From Synechococcus sp. UW140 (GTDB lineage: Bacteria > Pseudomonadota > Gammaproteobacteria > Burkholderiales > Burkholderiaceae_C): a DNA stretch of 64,000 bases. The translations under genes and the position numbers were made by a program. Below, in pieces: positions 38,032-50,500 of this stretch (position 1 is its first letter; each line of letters opens with the position of its first letter). Location of the stretch: positions 4,968 to 68,967 of the forward strand of contig CALRQR020000012.1 in the NCBI GenBank assembly GCA_943370375.1, written 5' to 3'. Under the pieces are notes generated by a model. That model had not been told where the DNA came from and made no database searches. It saw nothing but the letters and a program-made list of their open reading frames with translations.

Positions 38032-39105
38032 ATGAACATCGGCCCCTACGCTTTGGCAAACAACCTGTTTGTTGCGCCCATGGCCGGCGTGACGGACCGG
38101 CCGTTTCGCCAGCTCAGCAAAAAGCTGGGTGCGGGCTATGCGGTCAGCGAGATGGTGACATCGCGCCGTGATTTGTGGGACAGCCTGAAGACCTCGCGCC
38201 GCGCCAACCACGAAGGCGAGGACGCCCCTATCGCCGTGCAGATCGCCGGCACCGACGCGCAGATGATGGCTGACGCCGCCGCCTACAACATCGACCGCGG
38301 CGCACAGATCATCGACATCAACATGGGCTGCCCGGCCAAGAAGGTCTGCAACAAATGGGCGGGCTCGGCGCTGATGCAGGACGAAACCCTGGCGCTGCAG
38401 ATCGTCGAGGCCGTGGTGGCCGCCTGCGCACCGCGCAATGTGCCCGTCACGCTCAAGATGCGCACCGGCTGGTGCCAGGCCGAAAAGAACGCCCTCACGA
38501 TTGCCCGCGCCGCTGAAAGCGCCGGCGTGCAGATGATTACCGTGCACGGCCGCACGCGCGAGCAAGGCTACAAGGGCGCGGCCGAATACGACACGATCGC
38601 CGCGGTCAAGGCTGCGCTGCGCATTCCGGTGGTGGCCAACGGCGACATCAGCAGCCCCGAAAGGGCGCGCGACGTGTTGGCTTACACCGGCGCCGACGCC
38701 GTGATGATCGGCCGCGCGGCTCAGGGCCGCCCCTGGATCTTCCGCGATGTCGCGCATTTTCTGGCTACCGGCACGCACCTGGCGCCGCCTCTGGTGGCCG
38801 AGGTCGAACGCCTGCTGGTCGACCACTTGCGCGACCACTACACCTTGTATGGCGAATTCACCGGCGTGCGCACCGCGCGCAAGCACATCGGTTGGTACGT
38901 TAAAACCCTGCCCGGCGGCGAGGCGTTTCGCGCGCGGATGAATCTGCTTGAAGACTGCGAAGCGCAACTGCAAGCGGTGAGCGGGTTTTTTCAGGAATTG
39001 GGAGAGCACATGGACCGCATACCGGCCAGTGCTGAAAGTACGGACGGCGAAAACGGCCCGGCAAAAAAGAACAGCTATAAAAACGAGGAGGAAGCTGCTG
39101 CATGA
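38032..39105 (+). CDS. dusB: tRNA-dihydrouridine synthase B
   Basis: APMAGVTDRPFR ... DINMGCPAKKV ... HGRTR. Confidence 0.95.
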   Translation: MNIGPYALANNLFVAPMAGVTDRPFRQLSKKLGAGYAVSEMVTSRRDLWDSLKTSRRANHEGEDAPIAVQIAGTDAQMMADAAAYNIDRGAQIIDINMGCPAKKVCNKWAGSALMQDETLALQIVEAVVAACAPRNVPVTLKMRTGWCQAEKNALTIARAAESAGVQMITVHGRTREQGYKGAAEYDTIAAVKAALRIPVVANGDISSPERARDVLAYTGADAVMIGRAAQGRPWIFRDVAHFLATGTHLAPPLVAEVERLLVDHLRDHYTLYGEFTGVRTARKHIGWYVKTLPGGEAFRARMNLLEDCEAQLQAVSGFFQELGEHMDRIPASAESTDGENGPAKKNSYKNEEEAAA

Positions 39106-39338
39106 GCAAGAAACATATCGAAGAGTGCGTACGCGCCAGCCTGGAAGGCTATTTCAAGGACCTGCGTGGCATTGAGCCTGACGGCATGTACGACATGATG
39201 GTCCGGGTGGTGGAAAAGCCTTTGCTCGAAGTTGTCATGCAGCACGCAGAAAACAACCAGTCGCGCGCCGCCGAATGGCTGGGGCTGAACCGCAACACCC
39301 TGCGCAAGAAGCTGGTAGAGCACAAGCTCATCAAATAA
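39102..39338 (+). CDS. fis: DNA-binding protein Fis
   Basis: 78 aa with an ATGA overlap with dusB and a C-terminal HTH QSRAAEWLGLNRNTLRKKL. Confidence 0.93.
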   Translation: MSKKHIEECVRASLEGYFKDLRGIEPDGMYDMMVRVVEKPLLEVVMQHAENNQSRAAEWLGLNRNTLRKKLVEHKLIK

Positions 39339-39414
39339 CCAGCACCGGAAAACAAGCGCCTGAATTTCCCTCGTTCGGCCTGCACCGAATCGACATCCTT
39401 TTGAGAAAACCACC

Positions 39415-40998
<1,584 letters not shown>

Positions 40999-41017
40999 GA
41001 CGGTTTTAAGCGATTTT

Positions 41018-41066
41018 GGCCTCTAACCCAGTATCCATGTGGGCTAGTAGCTATCAAATTGATAGC
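41018..41066 (-). repeat. Type-1 intergenic repeat, copy 6
   Basis: GGCCTCTAACCCAGTATCCATGTGGGCTAGTAGCTATCAAATTGATAGC, in inverted orientation relative to copy 7. Confidence 0.7.
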
Positions 41067-41156
41067 TTTATAGTGGCTCGTGCGCTTTTTGTCTTTCCGT
41101 ATCGGCTGCGGTAGCGGGCTTCAATAAGCAGTCGCAAGCCGGCTGGAGAGTTGGTT

Positions 41157-41205
41157 GCTATTAATTCGATAGCGACTTGCCAAGGCAGTTACTGGGCTAG
41201 AGGCC
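41157..41205 (+). repeat. Type-1 intergenic repeat, copy 7
   Basis: GCTATTAATTCGATAGCGACTTGCCAAGGCAGTTACTGGGCTAGAGGCC. Confidence 0.7.
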
Positions 41206-41229
41206 AAAACTGCTCAAAATGCGGCTAGC

Positions 41230-42561
41230 TCAAGCTGCCGCGAAGAACTTCGCTGCGGCTTCCACCGTCGCCTCAATATCCGAAGCGGTATGCGCCGAAC
41301 TCACAAACCCGGCCTCATACAGCGCCGGCGCGTAGTACACCCCACTGTCCAGCATCGCATGAAAGAACCGGTTGAACGATGGCCCGTCGGTGGTCATCAC
41401 GGTGGCGTAGTTCTGCGGCAATTGCCCGAGCAGGAAGAAGCCGAACATGCCGCCTTCGCTGTCGCCGCAAAACGGGACGCCTGCCTTGCCGGCTGCCTGC
41501 GTGAGGCCGGCGACCAGGCTGCGTGTGCGTTCGCCCAGCGCTTCGTAGAAACCGGGTTTGGCGATCTCGCGCAAGGTTGCCAGGCCGCAGGCCGTGGCCA
41601 CCGGGTTGCCTGAGAGCGTGCCGGCCTGGTAGACCGGGCCCAGAGGCGCCAGCTGCTCCATCACGGCGCGTGTGCCGCCAAAAGCCGCCAGCGGCATGCC
41701 GCCGCCAATCACCTTGCCCATCACGGTCATGTCGGGCTTGAAGCCCGGTATGCTTTGGGCATAGACGCTTTGCGCGCCGCCCAGGGCCACGCGAAAACCG
41801 GTCATGACCTCGTCAAACACCAGCAGCGCGCCATGCTGCGTGCACAGCTCGCGGCAGCGTTTCATGAAGGGCACGCTCGCGCGCACGAAATTCATGTTAC
41901 CGGCGATGGGCTCGATCATCAGGCAGGCGATTTCCTTGCCGTGCAGGGAAAAGGCTTCTTCGAGCTGGGCGATGTGGTTGTACTCAAGCACCAGCGTGTG
42001 CTGCACCACCTCTGGCGGAACGCCGGCGCTGGTCGGGTTACCGAAGGTGGCCAGGCCCGAGCCGGCCTTGACGAGGAGGGCATCGGCATGGCCGTGGTAA
42101 CAACCTTCAAACTTGATGATTTTGCTGCGCCCGGTGGCGCCGCGCGCCAGGCGGATTGCACTCATGGCCGCTTCCGTGCCCGAGCTCACCAGCCGCACCA
42201 TTTCCAGTGAAGGCACCAGACGCACGATTTCTTCGGCCAGCTCGACCTCGCGCTCGGTGGGCGCGCCGTAGGAAAAGCCTTCCAGCGCGGCTTTTTGCAC
42301 GGCCTCGACCACTGCGGGGTGGCCGTGCCCCAGGATCATGGGGCCCCAGGAGCCGATGTAGTCGATGTAACGCTTGCCGTCGGCGTCCCAGAAGTAGGCG
42401 CCCTGGGCGCGCTGCACAAAGCGCGGGGTTCCGCCCACGGCCTTGAAGGCGCGAACCGGGGAATTGACGCCGCCGGGAATCAGTTTTTTGGCGCGTTCGA
42501 AGAGGGCGTCGTTGCGGGAGGCTGTCTGGAGGCTGACGGGCTTAGTGCTTGGTTGTTCCAT
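41230..42561 (-). CDS. hemL: glutamate-1-semialdehyde 2,1-aminomutase
   Basis: [13 protein letters not shown] ... GKVIGGGMP (PLP Lys). The start is at the ATG at 42561; the listed start at 42576 is TTG. Confidence 0.95.
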   Translation of the reverse strand: MEQPSTKPVSLQTASRNDALFERAKKLIPGGVNSPVRAFKAVGGTPRFVQRAQGAYFWDADGKRYIDYIGSWGPMILGHGHPAVVEAVQKAALEGFSYGAPTEREVELAEEIVRLVPSLEMVRLVSSGTEAAMSAIRLARGATGRSKIIKFEGCYHGHADALLVKAGSGLATFGNPTSAGVPPEVVQHTLVLEYNHIAQLEEAFSLHGKEIACLMIEPIAGNMNFVRASVPFMKRCRELCTQHGALLVFDEVMTGFRVALGGAQSVYAQSIPGFKPDMTVMGKVIGGGMPLAAFGGTRAVMEQLAPLGPVYQAGTLSGNPVATACGLATLREIAKPGFYEALGERTRSLVAGLTQAAGKAGVPFCGDSEGGMFGFFLLGQLPQNYATVMTTDGPSFNRFFHAMLDSGVYYAPALYEAGFVSSAHTASDIEATVEAAAKFFAAA

Positions 42562-43510
42562 TGGGGGGCAGGTCAAGGGTGGGTTTTAACGTCAGATCGA
42601 CGTCGTCATTGGCATCGCCCGGCTCTTCCCCGGATTCTTCTTCGGGGTCGACGTCGGCCTGCGCCCAGAACAGGCGGTCCGGCACGATATTGCCCATGCC
42701 GGGGTGAAAGCCGGCGTCCAGGCTGTGATCCAGGAAGGTCAGCGCTTCGGCAGTGGCCGCCTGCAGGTCGTGGCCGTTGGCCAGCAAGGCCGCGAGGGCG
42801 GCGGACAAGGTGTCGCCAGCACCGGCAAACACGGCTTCAAAACGCTCGAATTTTTCGCTGTAAAGCACGGCTTGGGGGGTGGCCAGAACGTTGTCGATGA
42901 ACTGGTCGGGCATGGGAATGCCGGTCACCAGGGTGTAGGGCACGCCGAGGTCGGCCGCCGCCTTGGCAATGTCCCGGGCTGTGGGATTTCGCTCGCCGGG
43001 CCAGTCTGGCAGGAGCCAGCGCCACAGGCTGCTGTGGTTGCCGACCAACACCGTGGTCTGGGGCAGCAGCAGCTCGCGAAAGGCGTCCAGGTAGCTGTCG
43101 ATTTCGCTTTCTTCCCACCATGAGAGGTTGGGCATGTAGGCGATCAGCGGCACATCGGCATAGTCCGAGGCGATTTCGGCGATGGTCGAAATGTTTTCGG
43201 GGCTGCCGACAAACCCGACCTTGATGGCCGAAACCGGCATGTCCTCCAGGGCTGAGCGCGCCTGGTCTGTTACAGCTTCTTCATCGAAGGAAAAGTGGTC
43301 GAAAATTTCGGCCGTATCACGCACATAAGCGCCTGTTACAACCGCCAGCGGATGGGCGCCGGCAGAGGTGATCGAGGCAATATCCGCAGTCAAACCACCG
43401 GCTCCGCTGGGGTCGTTGGCATTGAATGTCATCACGCAGGCTGGTGATGCGTCCGTGTCCTCGATTTGGAGTTGTCGGCTGTCCAGTTGAGGGGTTTTGG
43501 GGTTTGCCAT
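42542..43510 (-). CDS. ThiD/PdxK-family (ribokinase-fold) kinase, annotated-type hydroxymethylpyrimidine kinase
   Basis: [14 protein letters not shown]-terminus as in ThiD. The C-terminal motif reads [10 protein letters not shown] rather than the HGTGC I remember for ThiD. An acidic 50-aa tail follows. Confidence 0.7.
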   Translation of the reverse strand: MANPKTPQLDSRQLQIEDTDASPACVMTFNANDPSGAGGLTADIASITSAGAHPLAVVTGAYVRDTAEIFDHFSFDEEAVTDQARSALEDMPVSAIKVGFVGSPENISTIAEIASDYADVPLIAYMPNLSWWEESEIDSYLDAFRELLLPQTTVLVGNHSSLWRWLLPDWPGERNPTARDIAKAAADLGVPYTLVTGIPMPDQFIDNVLATPQAVLYSEKFERFEAVFAGAGDTLSAALAALLANGHDLQAATAEALTFLDHSLDAGFHPGMGNIVPDRLFWAQADVDPEEESGEEPGDANDDVDLTLKPTLDLPPNGTTKH

Positions 43511-43604
43511 AGGCTGCGATTTTGCCTTGTACGCGAATAAGCAACGCCGCCTCGATACAATTGTTGCATTCTATTCGAAGGCAACTTAAGCTGTGACTCA
43601 ATCA

Positions 43605-43766
43605 ATGACGTGGATGTGTTTAATTTGTGGGTGGATTTACGACGAGGCTGCCGGCGCTCCGGAACATGGAATTGCCGCCGGGACGCCCTGGGCCCAAGTG
43701 CCAATGAACTGGACCTGCCCCGAATGCGGTGCGCGCAAAGAAGATTTTGAAATGGTTCAGATATAA
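43605..43766 (+). CDS. rubredoxin (not in ORF track; 53 aa)
   Basis: Manual translation gives MTWMCLICGWIYDEAAGAPEHGIAAGTPWAQVPMNWTCPECGARKEDFEMVQI, with the two CxxCG/CPxCG knuckles. Confidence 0.9.
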   Translation: MTWMCLICGWIYDEAAGAPEHGIAAGTPWAQVPMNWTCPECGARKEDFEMVQI

Positions 43767-43845
43767 ACAAGCGTTTTAGGCACTTGCCTGAACAATCGCA
43801 GGACGGTCCCATGGGCCGGGGCCTGCAACATGAGGAGCATAGGCA

Positions 43846-44244
43846 GTGAGCATTCCCAGTTCCGGACTGAAGGTTTTGGTCATCGATGACAGCAATACCA
43901 TCCGGCGTAGCGCCGAGATATTCCTGAAGCAGGGTGGTCATGAAGTATTGCTGGCCGAAGACGGCTTTGACGCCCTGTCCAAGGTCAACGACTACGAACC
44001 CAATCTGATTTTCTGCGACATTCTGATGCCCCGTCTGGATGGCTATCAAACGTGTGCGATTATCAAGCGCAATGTGAAGTTTTCTGCCGTTCCCATTGTG
44101 ATGCTGTCCTCCAAGGACGGCGTTTTCGACAAGGCGCGAGGTCGTATGGTGGGTTCACAGGACTACCTGACCAAGCCTTTTACCAAAGATCAGCTGCTGC
44201 AGACCGTTCAGGAGCTCGGCAGTGCTAAACAAGGAGTAGTGTGA
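43846..44244 (+). CDS. pilG: twitching-motility response regulator PilG
   Basis: GTG start 8 nt after GAGGAG. LKVLVIDDSNTIRRSAE...CDILMPRLDGYQTCAIIK...MLSSKDGVFDKARG is close to P. aeruginosa PilG. Confidence 0.92.
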   Translation: MSIPSSGLKVLVIDDSNTIRRSAEIFLKQGGHEVLLAEDGFDALSKVNDYEPNLIFCDILMPRLDGYQTCAIIKRNVKFSAVPIVMLSSKDGVFDKARGRMVGSQDYLTKPFTKDQLLQTVQELGSAKQGVV

Positions 44245-44609
44245 TGGCAATTAAAAAAATACTGGTGGTGGACGACTCCAAAACCGAATTGATGTTTCTG
44301 ACCGATTTGCTGGTCAAAAACGGTTTTACCGTTAAAACGGCTGAAAACGCAGAAGACGCATTTCGCCGCCTGGCAGAAGACAAGCCTGAGCTGATCCTCA
44401 TGGATGTGGTGATGCCCGGCCAAAACGGCTTTCAGCTGACGCGCGCCATCACGCGCGACCCGCTGTATTCCGATATCCCCATCATGATGTGCACCAGCAA
44501 GAACCAGGAAACTGATCGTGTCTGGGGCATGCGGCAGGGCGCCCGCGACTACATCACCAAACCGGTGGATGCAGATGAGCTGATGGCCAAAATCAAGGCC
44601 CTTGGCTGA
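44241..44609 (+). CDS. pilH: CheY-like response regulator PilH
   Basis: 122-aa REC domain, with an ATGA overlap with pilG. Confidence 0.9.
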   Translation: MMAIKKILVVDDSKTELMFLTDLLVKNGFTVKTAENAEDAFRRLAEDKPELILMDVVMPGQNGFQLTRAITRDPLYSDIPIMMCTSKNQETDRVWGMRQGARDYITKPVDADELMAKIKALG

Positions 44610-44630
44610 CTAAAGGCGTAAAACCAAAGC

Positions 44631-45161
44631 ATGGCGAATAGACAAGCCCTTAGAGAACTCCAAACCCGGCTGGCCGACAGGCTGCAGATTGCGCGGACGC
44701 AAGGTGTTGCTGCATCCTGGCTGGCCGTGGAGGCTGGCGGGAAGAAGTACCTGTTTCCCCTGAGTCAGTCCGGTGAAATTTTCCCGTGGGTGAGTACGCA
44801 ACCTGTTCCGTACACACAGGCCTGGTTTGCCGGCGTCGCCAATCTGCGGGGTGGCCTGTTTGGCGTGGTCGATCTCGCCAGCTACGTCAGCGGCAAGGCC
44901 CCACCACCCAAAAACGAACTTGCGCGCACAGACTCCAGGCTTGTCGCGCTTAACAGCGCGCTGGAAGTCAACTGCGCGTTGTTGATCGACAAACTCTCCG
45001 GGCTTCGCAATCAGGAAGCGTTCGGCGATTTCTCTGAAAAAGCGCCCGACGCACCCGATTTCTTTGGCAACCAGTATGTGGACCTCAACGGTGCCACCTG
45101 GCAGGAAATCAACCTTCAGTTGCTTGCCCAGCAAGCCCATTTTTTGACGATAGGCGCATAG
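44631..45161 (+). CDS. pilI: CheW-like coupling protein PilI
   Basis: CheW domain (WFAGVANLRGGLFGVVDL), in the position between pilH and pilJ. Confidence 0.88.
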   Translation: MANRQALRELQTRLADRLQIARTQGVAASWLAVEAGGKKYLFPLSQSGEIFPWVSTQPVPYTQAWFAGVANLRGGLFGVVDLASYVSGKAPPPKNELARTDSRLVALNSALEVNCALLIDKLSGLRNQEAFGDFSEKAPDAPDFFGNQYVDLNGATWQEINLQLLAQQAHFLTIGA

Positions 45162-45189
45162 CGCACCCTGTTCCCCCGGAAGGCTCACC

Positions 45190-47478
45190 ATGTCTGTAAT
45201 TGAAAATATCCAGAAGCTGTTTAAAACCAAATCCGTCCAGCCCGAAGACAGCATGGACATGGCTTCCGTCGGTACGCCAGATCCTCTTGCTACCGGTGCC
45301 ATGGATGAAGCTTCCCTGCAGACCGCAGCGGTACGGCAGACCGGCAACGACGACGCGTTTCCAGCCAGCCGGATGGCTACAGCTGAAGACGCAGCGCCCG
45401 CTGAACGCTCCGATCTTCTGTATCTGCCCGTGCTGGGCAGACGGACCATGGGTCAGCACCAGCGCATTTTGGTGTTCCTCCTGGCTGTTTTCGTGATTAT
45501 TCTGGGTACGGTGACCTTCCTGGCGCTGAACCAGGCTGACAAAGTCGCTCAACAGGTGGCGGCAACGGGTCAATCCCTGATGCAGTCTCAGCGCCTGGCG
45601 AAATCCGTGTCGCAGGCGCTGGTGGGCAGTGCCCAGGCCTTCCCTGACGTGCGCGAAAGCTCTGACGTGCTGGCTAAAACCGTGCGCGGCCTGAAGTCAG
45701 GCGAAGACAGCTTGCGCCTGGCGCCGGTGAGCGATGAGTTGCAAGGTGACGTGGAAAAAGTCACCCCCTTCATGGAACGTGCGGAAAAGAATGCCAAGAC
45801 CGTGATGGGCCAGCAGAACATTCTGACGCAGGTGGGTAACGCTCTACGCACCATTAACCGCCAGTCTTCGGACTTGCTGGAAATCGCTGAAACCGTTTCG
45901 TCGCTCAAGCTCCAGCAGAATGCGGCGCCGGCAGAAATTTCAGCCTCCGGCCAGTTGGTGATGTTGACCCAGCGGATTGGTAAGTCTGCCAATGAGTTCT
46001 TGACGATGGAGGGTGTGAGCCCCGAAGCCGTGTTCTTGCTGGGTAAGGATTTGAATTCGTTCAAGGAAATCGCCCAGGGATTGCAGGAAGGCAGCCCTGA
46101 GTTGCGCCTTGCCGGCTCCAAGGATCCGCAGACCCGCGAACGCCTGGAAGCCTTGATGGCGCTCTATGAACAAACGCGCGTGCAAGCCGGCGCCATTCTG
46201 GGTAACTTGCAGGGCTTGGTCTCCGCCCGTGAAGCGCAGTCTTCGATTATTGCGGACAGTGAGCCACTTCGCCGTGGTCTGGAAGATCTGCAGGGCAAGC
46301 TCTCTTCGCAAACCGGTTTGGGCGCGTCTTCACTGATCACCCTCGGCGTTGCGGCTTTCTTTGCTTTGTTGTGCGCGGCCGGTTTGGCCCGTTTGCAGGT
46401 GCAGGACAGTCAGCAGCGCCAGGCAGTTGCTGAAACCCAGCGCCAGGAAGCTAAGGGACAAGAGCAGGACGCCAAGCGCGTCAATGACGCCAATCAGGCC
46501 GCTATTTTGCGACTGATGAATGAGTTGCAGACAGTGGCTGAAGGTGATTTGACACAGGAAGCGACCGTGACCGAAGACATTACCGGCGCTATCGCCGACT
46601 CGGTGAACTACACGGTGGAAGAGTTGCGACAGCTGGTGGGCAACGTGCAGAACACGGCTACCCGCGTTGCACAGACGACGGCGCAGGTGGAAAGCACGTC
46701 CACCGAACTGCTCGCGGCTTCTACCGAACAGCTGCGCGAGATTCGCGAAACCGGCCAGTCGGTGCTTGACATGGCGTCCCGAATTAACGAAGTGTCCACG
46801 CAGGCGCAAGAATCTTCCCAGGTGGCGCGTCAATCGCTGACCGCCGCCGAATCCGGCCTGCAAGCTGTGCAAAACGCCATCGGCGGTATGAACTCCATCC
46901 GCGACCAGATTCAGGAAACCTCCAAGCGGATCAAGCGACTCGGTGAGTCTTCGCAGGAGATTGGTGAAATTACCGAACTGATTTCCGACATTACCGAACA
47001 GACCAACGTGCTGGCGCTGAATGCTGCCATTCAGGCCGCGTCGGCCGGTGAAGCCGGACGAGGCTTCTCGGTGGTTGCGGAAGAGGTGCAGCGACTGGCT
47101 GAACGTTCCGCTGATGCTACGCGTCAGATTTCGGCCCTGGTGAAAGCGATTCAGACCGACACACAGGATGCGGTGGCCGCTATGGAACGCTCCACGCAGG
47201 GTGTGGTTGAAGGGGCCAAGCTCTCCGATAACGCGGGTACCGCGCTGACCGAGATTGACCAGGTGTCACGCCGGCTTGCTGACCTGATTGAGCAGATTTC
47301 AAACTCCGCCTCCCGCGAAGCCGCATCGGCCAACGTGGTGGCCGGCAACATCCAGCACATTTTCGCGGTGACGGAGCAAACGGGAGAAGGTACCCGTTCC
47401 ACGGCACAGCAGGTGCGAGACCTTTCCCGCATGGCTGAAGAGCTGCGCCAGTCGGTGTCCCGATTCAAGATCGCCTGA
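45190..47478 (+). CDS. pilJ: methyl-accepting chemotaxis protein PilJ
   Basis: Two TM helices flanking a periplasmic domain, HAMP, and the highly conserved MCP hairpin ITEQTNVLALNAAIQAASAGEAGRGFSVVAEEVQRLAERS. Confidence 0.93.
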   Translation: MSVIENIQKLFKTKSVQPEDSMDMASVGTPDPLATGAMDEASLQTAAVRQTGNDDAFPASRMATAEDAAPAERSDLLYLPVLGRRTMGQHQRILVFLLAVFVIILGTVTFLALNQADKVAQQVAATGQSLMQSQRLAKSVSQALVGSAQAFPDVRESSDVLAKTVRGLKSGEDSLRLAPVSDELQGDVEKVTPFMERAEKNAKTVMGQQNILTQVGNALRTINRQSSDLLEIAETVSSLKLQQNAAPAEISASGQLVMLTQRIGKSANEFLTMEGVSPEAVFLLGKDLNSFKEIAQGLQEGSPELRLAGSKDPQTRERLEALMALYEQTRVQAGAILGNLQGLVSAREAQSSIIADSEPLRRGLEDLQGKLSSQTGLGASSLITLGVAAFFALLCAAGLARLQVQDSQQRQAVAETQRQEAKGQEQDAKRVNDANQAAILRLMNELQTVAEGDLTQEATVTEDITGAIADSVNYTVEELRQLVGNVQNTATRVAQTTAQVESTSTELLAASTEQLREIRETGQSVLDMASRINEVSTQAQESSQVARQSLTAAESGLQAVQNAIGGMNSIRDQIQETSKRIKRLGESSQEIGEITELISDITEQTNVLALNAAIQAASAGEAGRGFSVVAEEVQRLAERSADATRQISALVKAIQTDTQDAVAAMERSTQGVVEGAKLSDNAGTALTEIDQVSRRLADLIEQISNSASREAASANVVAGNIQHIFAVTEQTGEGTRSTAQQVRDLSRMAEELRQSVSRFKIA

Positions 47479-47533
47479 TGCCTGTCTGTTTGCGTTGACT
47501 GTGAATCCCGATTCCTGAACCGGCCCGTTATTT

Positions 47534-50500
47534 ATGCAATCCAACGCCTCGAATTCAACAACTGTTGAACCCGATCTTGCCCTGAATGATCTGGGCCCCC
47601 TCGCCTGGGTGCTTGACGAGCTGCGCAAGTCGCTGGACGGCGCAGCAAAGGCCCTCAAACGTTTCGTACGCGATGCGGAGGCTGCGCGCGGGTCCGATCT
47701 CGCGGCCCTTGATGCCAGCCAGTTGCGTATCGCACGTCAGCAGTTGCACCAAGCGGTGGGTGCACTGGAGATGGTGGGTCTTGCTGGGCCTGCGCTGGTC
47801 CTCCGCTCAATGGAAGCGGCTGTGCAAAAGTTTGTACAGCAACCCGAACAGTGCAATCAGGATGCAGCTGGAAAGATCGAACGGGCCAGCTATGCCCTGA
47901 CGGAGTATCTTGAAGGCGTATTGGCAGACAAACCTGTCTCGGCGGTTTCGCTGTTCCCGCAGTACCGCGATGTGCAGGAGCTGGTGAAGGCCGACCGAAT
48001 CCACCCGGCAGACCTGTGGCCGTTTGAATGGCGCTGGCTTGAGGCAGAACTGACTGAGAAGGCGGAGCCTCGCAATTACGACGACAGCGCACGAGCCGTG
48101 CTGGATCAGTCGGTGCTTCAGCTCATGAAGGGCAAGGCACCCCAGGCCGCGAAAAACCTGAGAGAGCTCAGCCTGGGATTCGCCGCGCGGCAGGCTGACA
48201 GGCAGCCCAGAATATTCTGGAAGATTGCGGCAGCTTACTTCGAAGCCGTTGCCCACGACTTGCTCGGTTCAGACATTTATGTTCGCCGTGCCGCTTCCCG
48301 AATCCTGATGCAGTACGCCTTGCTGGCCAAAGGCGACCCGGCCGTGTCTGAACGCCTGGCGCAGGACCTGCTGTTTTTCTGTGCCCAAGCGGTTTCTGCT
48401 CGTGCCAGTGATACCCCTGTTCTGTCGGCGGTACGTTCGGCCTACGGGCTCAATCGATTCAAGCCTGTGGACTATGAATTGGTTCAGTTTGGAAGATTTG
48501 ATCCAGCCCTTTTGGCGCAGGCGCGCAAACGGATTACGTCGGCCAAAGAAACCTGGTCTTCGCTCTCCGCGGGGGATGCCAACAAGTTCAAAACGGTATC
48601 CGACCAGTTCAGCTTGGTAACCGACTCCCTGCTCAAGTTGCATCCGCCCAGCGAGCCTCTTGCACAAGCCTTGACGCATGCCGTCGAGACGACTGTGCGC
48701 TCCGGTCAGGCGCCCGGCATTGAGTTGGCCATGGAAGTGGCGACATCGGTGCTCTATCTTGAAGCCGCCTTTGATGACCTGGATCCCAACGATCCGCAAT
48801 TGGCGGTTCGCACTGCGAACCTCGCCTCACGCCTTGAAGGCGTCAGGGCGGGCGGTCAGCCTCAGCCACTCGAGGGCTGGATGGAAGAGTTGTATCGCCG
48901 CGTCAGTGACAAGCAGACCATGGGTAGTGTCGTGGGCGAATTGCGCGTGTCCTTAGGCGAGCTTGAAAAATCACTGGACATTTTCTTTCGCAATCCGCAA
49001 GACAAGGTTTCGCTGCAGTCTGTCCCCGGCCAGCTTTCGCAGATGCGCGGTGTGCTCTCAGTGCTGGGGCTTGACCAGGCATCTCATGCGGTTTTACGCA
49101 TGCGCGACAGCGTGGAGCAAATGCTCGTCACCGAAATCGATGAGCAAATGGCACGCGCTGCCGGAACATTCGAGCATCTTGGCAACAACCTGGGCGCTCT
49201 GAGTTTCCTGATCGACATGCTGAACTACCAGCCTGCGCTGGCCAAGAAGCTTTTTGTCTATGACGAAGAAAAGGGCGAACTCAAACCTCTGATGGGGCGT
49301 GCACAGAACGCATCGACCGCCGCTTCCTCTGTGACAGTCAATAGCGACATGCTGTCTCAGGAAGTTATTTCCGTGGTGCAGGATGCCGGCCTTGGCGAGA
49401 AAAGTGAAAACCTCACTGTCAAGCTCGATGCATTGGCCACCCATGCCGCACTCGCCGAGCAGCCGACATTGGCCCGGACGGCGCGCGATGCGTCGGCCGC
49501 CGTGGCGGGCAGCAATGCCGATGCCGCCGCTACTGCAATGACGACTTTGGCGTTTTCCGTGACGCCGGCCTCTGTGGCGGCTGAAAGCCAGGACAATGCA
49601 GCCGACTTCGGAGAAGACGACCTGCGCGATATCTTCCTGGAAGAAGCGCGTGAAGTGGTGGGCAACGGACTCGAAGCTCTAACTGCTCTGAGCCGTGATC
49701 CCGCCGATGTGTCTCAGCTCACGGTCCTGCGACGTGCCTTTCATACGCTCAAGGGCAGCTCGCGGATGGTGGGACTTAATGAATTCGGTGAAGCCGCCTG
49801 GTCGCTCGAGCAAATGCTCAACAGCTGGCTGGCTGACCAGAAGGCCGCCACAGACGAGTTCCGGGCGCTGGCTTCCGATGCCATGAATGGTTTCGCGAAC
49901 TGGGTTGCAGATATCGCAGGAAACCAGGATGGTGCGTGGTCTGCCTCGGTTTTCCGTACCAGTGCAGATGCGATGCGGACCGAAGCGCGTTATGTTCCGC
50001 TCGTTATTTCTGCCAAGCCCGCCACTGCGCAGCCTTCCGCTCCTGCGGTCGAGCCTGTTGCCGCGGAGGTGTTTTCTTTGCCGGATATCCAACTGGATGC
50101 CGGTACGCACGCTGCAGCCGGCGTAGACGCGTCCGCGACCGCACCGGCAGAGGATCTGGACTTTGATCTCGTCTTTGAAGATGCGGCTACGCCTGCCGCC
50201 GCAAGCGCCCCGTCTGCGGCCCCGGTGAGTGAGCCTGTCGGCGAAATCGAGGGCATTGACTTTGACAGCCTTTCCGCGATTTCGGGCGGTGCGGATGTTT
50301 CTCCGGTCGTGGTGGAATCCGCTGCGGCAGAACAGCCCGCTCCTTCAACGCCGGAGGAGGCAGAAGCGATTGAGTTGTCCGACGCCGATTTTGAGAAGCA
50401 TTTCCACGCCGAGCCTGCAAAGCCCGACGAAACAACTGTCGTATTCGATTTCGCGTCTGCCTCGCCCGCTGCACAGCCTGTGGCGGCGCCCCCCAGTTTG

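Noticed and set aside
37867-39009. Upper part of the 537-aa minus-strand ORF 37396-39009.
   Set aside because: Only the C-terminal 157 aa resemble YqaA. The remainder is antisense to dusB.
43511-43604. Possible TPP riboswitch upstream of the ThiD-like gene, and a possible ZTP riboswitch upstream of purH at 39339-39414.
   Set aside because: Neither spacer contains the conserved cores I remember (CUGAGA / ACCUGA for TPP; GGGUCGUGAC...CCGCCUGGGCA for ZTP), and both are too short.
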